The translations under genes were made by a program, and so were the position numbers. DNA of 55,989 bases from Meiothermus sp. (GTDB lineage Bacteria > Deinococcota > Deinococci > Deinococcales > Thermaceae). Below, one piece after another: positions 49,626 to 55,989 of the stretch. The notes beneath the pieces are model-generated. The model did not search any database, was not told the origin of the DNA, and saw only the letters and a program-made list of their open reading frames with translations. The stretch spans positions 1-55,989 of the forward strand of contig JANRLD010000093.1 of the NCBI GenBank assembly GCA_033762915.1. The letters are read 5' to 3'. Numbering within the stretch: the stretch's first letter is position 1; the number at the start of each line of letters is the position of its first letter.

Positions 49626-50513
49626 TCTTGTTAATTCCTCGAGCCTCGAGAACTCCATGATCTGGGCCAGTTCCTTCTTCATGGTCTCGTCGATCTGCGC
49701 GCCGGGGTGGCGAACATACGGGTTGGCGATGGCCCCGCGCTGCCGGTACACCTCCTTGCGCAGTGCGATGCCGATGCCGGGCTGGAACTCGTAGCGCATC
49801 AGGGCGCAGGACTGGTAGAAGATCTTCTTGGCTAGCTCGAGGTTGCCCGAGGTGTGGGCAGTATAGATGGCCTGCAGGATGTCGGGGTAGGAGAAGCCGG
49901 TCATGATGCCGTTGGCGCCGCGCTGCAACTCCTCGAGCATGTACAGCCCGCCCAGCCCACCCAGGATGCCGATGTTGGGGTTCTGCTTGCGGACGGCGGA
50001 GGTCTTGGGGCCGGAGGGGGTGTCCTCGAGCTTGATGACTTTTACCTGCTCGAGTTCGCCGTGCAGCCGGGTCACCAGCGGGACGCTCAGCAGGATGCCG
50101 GTGCTCACCGGGTAGTCGTGCAGAATGATCAGCGACTTCACCGCGTCGTTGATGCGCTTGTAGTAGTCGAAGATCACGGCGTCGTTCTGCACCGGCGGCG
50201 GAGCCACCAGCAGGCCCGAGGCCCCCAGTTCCATCGCCTTGGCCGACTTCTGGATGGCCAGGTCGGTGCCGCCCGCCCCGCTGCCCACGAAGATCGGCAC
50301 GCGCCCCCGGGCGGCCGCCACCGTCCCGCTGATAACCGCCTCCTGCTCGGCCTCGCCCAGCTTGGGGGCCTCGCCCATCACGCCCAGCACCACCAGGCCG
50401 TTGGCGCCTTTATCGATCAGGAACTCGGTGAGGGTGTGGAGGGACTCGAGGTCGAGCTTGCCCTGACTATCGAACGGGGTGGGCATGATGACGTGTACGC
50501 CGGATAGGGACAT
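49593..50513 (-). CDS. Dihydrodipicolinate synthase family lyase (not canonical DapA)
   Basis: PTPF; GVMGE instead of GTTGE; HDYP; Schiff-base lysine in IKLED. Confidence 0.85.
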   Translation of the reverse strand: MSLSGVHVIMPTPFDSQGKLDLESLHTLTEFLIDKGANGLVVLGVMGEAPKLGEAEQEAVISGTVAAARGRVPIFVGSGAGGTDLAIQKSAKAMELGASGLLVAPPPVQNDAVIFDYYKRINDAVKSLIILHDYPVSTGILLSVPLVTRLHGELEQVKVIKLEDTPSGPKTSAVRKQNPNIGILGGLGGLYMLEELQRGANGIMTGFSYPDILQAIYTAHTSGNLELAKKIFYQSCALMRYEFQPGIGIALRKEVYRQRGAIANPYVRHPGAQIDETMKKELAQIMEFSRLEELTRAPLPLGEGLG

Positions 50514-50565
50514 CTACATCGCTCCTTTCAAAAGTACAACCTCCGAAGGCCAAATAGCAAAACCG

Positions 50566-50659
50566 TTGTCATTCCGAGGTGACGTAGCGTAGTCGTAGTT
50601 CGTGCCTCGAGCTACGACTCCCTTCGGTCGTTACTGCTTCCCTGCGCTCGCGATGACAA
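50566..50659. repeat. REP-like element with TTGTCAT…ATGACAA inverted ends
   Basis: TTGTCATTCCGAG … CTCGCGATGACAA; related to 47613-47743. Confidence 0.65.
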
Positions 50660-50726
50660 GGGTGTTGGTCATAGGGGTTTTCCTCGAGACTCCTTTTCCG
50701 GAGGCCGGTGGCCTGTGGGGATGTTC

Positions 50727-50750
50727 GGACGAGCAGCCGCTCGTCCCTAC
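50727..50750 (-). repeat. GTAG-type REP overlapping the M14 stop codon; related GGAG copy at 47776-47798
   Basis: Minus strand GTAG-GGACGAGC-GGCT-GCTCGTCC; second copy GGAG-GGACGAG-GGCTC-CTCGTCC. Confidence 0.65.
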
Positions 50751-52441
50751 AGGGAAACCTCCGCGGTTTGCTTGCCGCCTTTCTCGCTGTGGATGATGAT
50801 CTTCACGCTCGAGCCCGGCTTGGCCTTGACCAGCCACTCCACAGGCTTGGCAGTGCGCTTCCACTTCTCACCCCAGGGCGACCACGGATACTTACGCCCG
50901 TTGCGCCCTGCCAGGTGGCCCATGTCGGCAACCACCTCACCCATCACCAACTCAGCGTTCTCGAGCTTGAGTTCGGCCTTGACGGTTTGGGCCACCTTGC
51001 GCTCGATGGCGGTGTCGGTGAGGTGGCTGGGCAGGTAGCCGTCGTTGCCGATCACCGCCGAGACCTTCAGCAGGTCGGAGCCGTCGGGGGCGGTGCCGAT
51101 CTTCTCGACCGCCGAGCTGCGCACCCGCAGCCGGGGGCTGGCGGCGGCGTGCTCGAGGCAGAACAGGGTGTTTTTGTGGCAGATTTCCTCGAGCATGTGC
51201 CCCGGGGGGTTGCGCAGCACCCATATTTCCGCCAGCCCGCCAATTTCAACCTTGCCTAGCTGCGGGTGGTCGAAGGGCTGCCACTCGCGCCAGCCCCGCT
51301 CGCCGTGGTGCTCCCAGACCCACTGCACCATCCGCACCAGGGTGTCCTCGTCGCGGGGCCGCAGGTTGTAGAAGGCCACCTTCTCGATGCCTGCTGCCAC
51401 CTCGATGTCCCACAGCTCGGTGGCTAGGGCTGGAATCCCCATCTCCTCGAAGGCCCAATCCTTGAGGGTGCCCCGGCGCGGCTTGGTCTTGTCGGGGGTG
51501 AAGTCCTGGAAGGAGGAGATGGTGGGGTACCCGGTGGTCTTGAGCGCCACGCCGGCCAGGTCCTTGAACAGGGTCAGGTCGCGGGGGCTCATCTCGTGGT
51601 CGTACTTGGTGGTGGAGGGGCGCAGGTGCACCCCGCCGTGGGTGTGGAAGGAGTTCATCCCGCAGATGTTGGGGTGGGCTTGGATGAAGTCGATCAAGGC
51701 CTTGGACTCGGGCTCCGAGCCGGGGTAGAGGCCTGCGCCGTACTGCACCGTCTCGGGCATCCAGCCGGCCGGGAACTGGCGGTTGAGGTTGCCGTCGCGG
51801 GTGGGCTCGATCTCTACTTCCACCCCGTCGTAATCAGGGATCAGACCCTCAGGGTAGAGGCGGTAGTACTGCCCGCCGAACTCGCCGGGGTCGCGCTGCA
51901 CCATCACGCGGGGGTCCTTGCTGCTAATCTTCCACTCGCCTGCCGGGTCGCTCACGCGCATCTGTACGATATAGCCGTCGTTGTTGAGGTCGGTCTGGTA
52001 GAGGCCCTTGGTGCGCTCGTCCTCGGTGCCCGGCACGAAGCGCCCGTTGCCGCACCAGCGGAAGGGGTGGGCCAGCGAGTATTCCGCTCCATCAGGGTTA
52101 AGGCGCGGAAACACGTAGAAGGCCTGCTCGTCGAGGAGCATGTTCACCTTAGGGTTCGAGCCGTACTGGTGCAGCAGGTACCAGGCCGCGTAGAGCGCGG
52201 TGGCAGAGGTGGTGTGCTCCTCGGCGTGGATGTGGGCGTCGATGTAGTAGGCGGGCTTGTCGGTGTCCGCACCCGTAGCCTGGTTGGTGATGGTCAGCAG
52301 CCAGATGTCGCGCCCCTGGAAGGTCTTGCCGATGGACGACAGCCTGCACAGGTGCGGGAAGGCCGCCGCCAGGGCCTGAACGTGGGCGGTCAGTTCGGCG
52401 TAGGTGTAGTAGCGGTTGTGGGCGATGTCAACTTTGCTCAT
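50747..52441 (-). CDS. M14 family zinc metallocarboxypeptidase (paralog 1)
   Basis: IHAEE; NPDG; NLNRQFP; SFHTHGG; TELW. Confidence 0.9.
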   Translation of the reverse strand: MSKVDIAHNRYYTYAELTAHVQALAAAFPHLCRLSSIGKTFQGRDIWLLTITNQATGADTDKPAYYIDAHIHAEEHTTSATALYAAWYLLHQYGSNPKVNMLLDEQAFYVFPRLNPDGAEYSLAHPFRWCGNGRFVPGTEDERTKGLYQTDLNNDGYIVQMRVSDPAGEWKISSKDPRVMVQRDPGEFGGQYYRLYPEGLIPDYDGVEVEIEPTRDGNLNRQFPAGWMPETVQYGAGLYPGSEPESKALIDFIQAHPNICGMNSFHTHGGVHLRPSTTKYDHEMSPRDLTLFKDLAGVALKTTGYPTISSFQDFTPDKTKPRRGTLKDWAFEEMGIPALATELWDIEVAAGIEKVAFYNLRPRDEDTLVRMVQWVWEHHGERGWREWQPFDHPQLGKVEIGGLAEIWVLRNPPGHMLEEICHKNTLFCLEHAAASPRLRVRSSAVEKIGTAPDGSDLLKVSAVIGNDGYLPSHLTDTAIERKVAQTVKAELKLENAELVMGEVVADMGHLAGRNGRKYPWSPWGEKWKRTAKPVEWLVKAKPGSSVKIIIHSEKGGKQTAEVSL

Positions 52442-52449
52442 AAACGGCG

Positions 52450-52673
52450 ATCCCCCTGCCCCCCCTTGTTAAGGAGGGCGTTTGGCACGGTTTGGTGGTT
52501 TGGATTTTGGGCTGTTTTTCCGAAAGAAGCTCGAGCACTCACCGGAGAAGGCTGTACGGCAGCCCCCCTCTGGGCGTATAAAGCACCGCTTGGGGCTCGC
52601 CAACTCAACGTGCCGCGAGCGTCAAGGGCGGAGCGCAGCGGAGGGTACTTGTATCGGGTTGGGGGGATTGGGT
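52450..52673. repeat. Degenerate REP pair (CCCCCTGCCCCCCTTGTTAAGG / GGGTTGGGGGGAT) with insert
   Basis: Ends at 52450-52479 and 52656-52673. Confidence 0.5.
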
Positions 52674-52681
52674 TTTGACTT

Positions 52682-53926
52682 TTATGCACCCCGCACCACC
52701 TCCACCCCGTCCTTGAACACCCGCAGGTTTTCCTGTTTTTGCAGGATGCGAACATCCCCCAGCACATCCCCATTCACCAAAACCAAGTCCGCAATCTTAC
52801 CTGCCTGCAAAACTCCCACCTCGTCCAGGTCCAGCAGTTCCGCGCTGTGCTTGGTGGCGGCGGTGATGGCCTCGAGCGGTGTGAACCCGCCCTTCACCAG
52901 CAGCTCGATCTCCCGCGCGTTCACGCTTCCGTGGGGCAGCATGAAGCCCGCATCGGTGCCGGTGGAGAACTTCACCCCAGCGGCCCTGGCCAGGCTCAAG
53001 CTCTCCCACATGCCCTCGCGGCCCAGCTCGAGCCACTTGCGGCCCATGGCGTTCACCCCCTGCGACTCCCAGGAGTGCTCGAAGTGGTTCTCCTGCACCA
53101 GCAGGGTGGGGACGTAGTAGGCCCCCTTCTCGGCCATGGCCTCCACGCACTCCTGGTCCAGCCAGCGTCCGTGCTCCACGCTGTCCAGGCCCATCCGCAC
53201 CGCAGTGGTGACTGAAGGGCCGCCGGAGGTGTGGGCGGCGACCCGGCGCTCGAGGCGGTGGGCCTCGTCGATGGCGGCCTCGATCTCGGGGTCGGTCATC
53301 TCCTGCTTCCAGGGGGCTGACCAGTCGCGGTAGGAGCCGCCGCAGAGGTTGATCTTGATGCAGGTCGCGCCGCGCTTGACCTGCTCGCGCACGCCCCGGC
53401 GAAACTCATCGGGGCTGTCGCAGGGAGCGGTCATGCCCTCGAAGGCCACGTGGTCGCCCCAGCCGCCCTTGTCCATGTGCCCGCTGGTGATGGAGAGGCC
53501 CAGGCCGCAGGCCACCACCCTGGTCCCCACCACATAGCCCGCGTTGATGGCCCTGGCGAGATCAATAATCACCCCGCCCGGGGCATTGAGATCGCGCACC
53601 GCGGTGTAGCCCCACTCGAGAGTCTCCCGGGCGTGCTTGGCGGCGCGCAGCGCAAGCAGCGGGTAGCTCATCTCGCTGGCCTCAGCCCGGAAGGCCCGCG
53701 ACTCGATCGCGCCCGAGTAGGCCAGGTGCACGTGGCTATCGATCAGCCCCGGCATCAGGGTGCTGTGCGGGGCCTCAATGACTGTGGTGCTGGCCGGGAG
53801 TTCGCCCAGGTCGGCCTGCCGCCCCGTCGCGGTGATGCGGTTCTTCTCCACGCGCAAAAAGGCCTGCTCGCTCACCCCGCCCGCGCCGTCGAGCAACTTG
53901 CCCACCAAAAAAACCGTTTCGCTCAT
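52682..53926 (-). CDS. Amidohydrolase family protein (Xaa-Pro dipeptidase-like)
   Basis: PGLIDSHVH; TAVRDL; IKI; AAH; EHG; GTDAG; AGKIAD. Confidence 0.9.
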   Translation of the reverse strand: MSETVFLVGKLLDGAGGVSEQAFLRVEKNRITATGRQADLGELPASTTVIEAPHSTLMPGLIDSHVHLAYSGAIESRAFRAEASEMSYPLLALRAAKHARETLEWGYTAVRDLNAPGGVIIDLARAINAGYVVGTRVVACGLGLSITSGHMDKGGWGDHVAFEGMTAPCDSPDEFRRGVREQVKRGATCIKINLCGGSYRDWSAPWKQEMTDPEIEAAIDEAHRLERRVAAHTSGGPSVTTAVRMGLDSVEHGRWLDQECVEAMAEKGAYYVPTLLVQENHFEHSWESQGVNAMGRKWLELGREGMWESLSLARAAGVKFSTGTDAGFMLPHGSVNAREIELLVKGGFTPLEAITAATKHSAELLDLDEVGVLQAGKIADLVLVNGDVLGDVRILQKQENLRVFKDGVEVVRGA

Positions 53927-55059
53927 GCCGAACCTCCGACGATCTCGAGCAGCGTTTCAGTCACATATGCGCGTTGCTCGTCGCGCAGTTGGGGGCTTAC
54001 GGGCAGGCACAGCAAGCGCTCGCAGGCCGCCTCCGCCACCGGAAAGGAGCCCTGGGGCAGGCTGGGCCGGGCGTAGGCGGGCTGGAGGTGCAGCGGGGGC
54101 ACGTAGGCCAGGGTGGTGGTGATGCCGGCCTCGAGCAGTTTCTGTTGCACCGCGTCGCGCTGGTCCAGCCGAATCACGTAGTTGCGGAAGGTGTGGACAC
54201 AGCCGGGGCGAACCGTCGGGGTCTGGATGGCGGGGCCCGCGAGGGCCGCCGTGTAGGCCTCGGCGTGCTGGATGCGTCTTGCGGTCCACTCTGGTACGTG
54301 CGGGAGCTGGGCCCGCAGCAGCGCGGCCTGTAGCTCATCCAGCCGCTCGTTCACGCCCTCGACCAGTAGGAGCTGGCCGTGGGCGGTCTTGTCGTAGACT
54401 CGAGCCCTGGGCTGGCCGTACCCCACAAACAGCTCCATGCGCTCGGCAAGCTCGGGATTATTGGTGACGCAAATCCCGCCGCTGCCAAAGCCCCCCAGGT
54501 GCTTGGTCGAGGCAAAGCTGAAGCAGCCGATGTCGCCCCACAGGCCCGCCTTGCGGCCCGCGACGCTCGAGCCCAGCGCCAGACAGGCGTCCTCGACCAC
54601 CAGCAGGCCGTGCCTCCGCGCGATCTCCATGATGCGCGGCATGTCGGCGGGGTGGCCGTAGAGGTGGACCGGGAGGATGGCCCGGGTGGCGGGGGTGATG
54701 GCGGCCTCAAGCAACTCGGGGTCGAGGTTCAGGGTGTCCGCCTCGACATCCACGTAGACCGGCCGAGCCCCCACGTGGTGAATGGCCGAGGCGGTGCCCG
54801 CGTCGGAGTTGGGCGCGGTGATGACCTCGTCGCCCGGCCCCACCCCCAGCGCCAGCAGGGCCAGCCGCAGGGCCGCGGTGCCGGAGTTACACCCCACCGC
54901 GTGCCCGGCTCCCGCCAAGGCCGCGAACTCGCGCTCGAGGCCTGGCACCTCCTCGCCCCAGTCGGGCCGGCCGCTCTCCAGCACCCGCCGCACCGCCGCG
55001 TCCAGCTCGGCCTGGAGCTGGCGGTAGCGTCCTGCGTGGTCGTACATGGGGACGGTCAT
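53923..55059 (-). CDS. DegT/DnrJ/EryC1/StrS family PLP aminotransferase
   Basis: NSGTAAL; GPGDEVI; PVHLYGHPADM; EDAC; SFASTKHLGGFG; LDELQAA; LCLP. Confidence 0.9.
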   Translation of the reverse strand: MTVPMYDHAGRYRQLQAELDAAVRRVLESGRPDWGEEVPGLEREFAALAGAGHAVGCNSGTAALRLALLALGVGPGDEVITAPNSDAGTASAIHHVGARPVYVDVEADTLNLDPELLEAAITPATRAILPVHLYGHPADMPRIMEIARRHGLLVVEDACLALGSSVAGRKAGLWGDIGCFSFASTKHLGGFGSGGICVTNNPELAERMELFVGYGQPRARVYDKTAHGQLLLVEGVNERLDELQAALLRAQLPHVPEWTARRIQHAEAYTAALAGPAIQTPTVRPGCVHTFRNYVIRLDQRDAVQQKLLEAGITTTLAYVPPLHLQPAYARPSLPQGSFPVAEAACERLLCLPVSPQLRDEQRAYVTETLLEIVGGSA

Positions 55060-55077
55060 AGGTGCTCGCTCGAAAAG

Positions 55078-55197
55078 CCCTCCCTATCGCGTAGGGAGCG
55101 TGGAGAGGGTAGGTTGCCAGGTGGTCTATTTGCCGGGCTATGCATTGACGGGTACGGAGCACACCCCGCCCTTCCCACCCCTACGCGGTAGGGGTGG
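55078..55197. repeat. REP pair with CCCTA…TAGGG hairpins
   Basis: CTCCCTATCGCGTAGGGAG (55080-55098) and CCACCCCTACGCGGTAGGGGTGG (55175-55197). Confidence 0.6.
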
Positions 55198-55262
55198 ACT
55201 TCGCGGTTAGGCTCGGTACATTGCGGAGTTATGGTCATATCCAAGAATCTCTGGCGCGGTCT

Positions 55263-55989
55263 CTAAAGGCCGTACAACGCGCGGAACTTGGTCTCGAGGT
55301 ATCCCAAGTAGGGCTCGGCATCCAGGGCCTGGCCGGTGGCCTTGGTCAGCAGCTCGTCGGGCGAGAAGGTGCGGCCATAGCGGTAGACGTGCCGGGTCAG
55401 GTATTCGCGCAGCGGGGCGTAGTCGCCCTGGGCGAGTGAGGCCTCGAGGCCGGAAATCTGTTGCCCGGCCGCCTCGTAGAGCTGCGAGGCCATGATGTTG
55501 CCGATGGTGTAGCAGGGGAAGGAGCCGATGTTGGAGTGTGACCAGTGGATGTCTTGCAGCACCCCCTCGCTGTCGCCCGGCGGGGTGACGCCCAGATAGT
55601 CCTGCATCTTCTGGTTCCAGATCTCGGGCAGGTCGCGCACGGCCATCGAGCCGTCCAGCAGCCCCATCTCGATCTCGACCCGCAGCATGATGTGCAGGTT
55701 GTAGGTCACTTCGTCGGCCTCGACGCGGATCAGGCTGGGGGAGACGGTGTTGACCGCGCGGTAGAAGGTCTCGGCATCAATGCCCTCGAGCTGCGCCCCG
55801 AACACCTCCCGCAGCCGGGGGAACCAGTGCTGCCAGAAGGTGCGCGAGCGCCCCACGATGTTCTCCCACAGCCGCGACTGCGACTCGTGGGCCCCGAAGC
55901 TGACCCCGCCCACCGCGTACATCCCCTTGAGGTCTGAGGCCAGGGCGCTGCGGGTGAGTTCGGGGGCCACGTTCTGCTCGTAGATGGCG
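55263..55989 (-). CDS. Carboxypeptidase M32 (Taq carboxypeptidase family), C-terminal part; gene starts beyond the window
   Basis: HESQSRLWEN; IRVEADEVTYNLHI; GVLQDIHW; FPCYTIGN. Confidence 0.93.
   Translation of the reverse strand, partial: AIYEQNVAPELTRSALASDLKGMYAVGGVSFGAHESQSRLWENIVGRSRTFWQHWFPRLREVFGAQLEGIDAETFYRAVNTVSPSLIRVEADEVTYNLHIMLRVEIEMGLLDGSMAVRDLPEIWNQKMQDYLGVTPPGDSEGVLQDIHWSHSNIGSFPCYTIGNIMASQLYEAAGQQISGLEASLAQGDYAPLREYLTRHVYRYGRTFSPDELLTKATGQALDAEPYLGYLETKFRALYGL

Noticed and set aside
49593..50513. Calling this gene dapA
   Set aside because: GVMGE replaces GTTGE and the context is catabolic, not lysine biosynthesis.

Overview
High-GC chromosomal window from a Deinococcota/Thermaceae bacterium, most likely Meiothermus/Calidithermus-like. 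The assignment rests on Thermus-type Ndx1, MetX and MetY proteins, many leaderless genes with a TANNNT box 5-7 nt before the start, and very frequent CTCGAG. Housekeeping and accessory genes include a FabH-like synthase, an Ig-repeat lipoprotein, yceD, a GNAT, a double-TolC/MacAB-type export operon, MarR-MFS, an AAC(3)-family acetyltransferase, aroQ, mnmE, a DUF1998 helicase, a TPR-HD-GYP protein, SAM-I riboswitch-metY-metX, SDR/AKR/RraA enzymes, an aldose epimerase, ndx1 with amino-acid ABC genes, an NYN nuclease and a VWA protein. The right end holds an uncharacterised minus-strand cluster: M32 peptidase, DegT aminotransferase, two amidohydrolases, two M14 carboxypeptidases and a non-DapA DHDPS-family lyase. 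Intergenic DNA carries several miniature mobile/REP families, one nested in another, some supplying stop codons or C-termini and several spanned by short ORFs that overlap the flanking stop and start codons. The 3' end of a frameshifted IS5-family element lies at the left edge. No CRISPR array, rRNA or tRNA was found. Family assignments come from motif recognition only; no database search was run.
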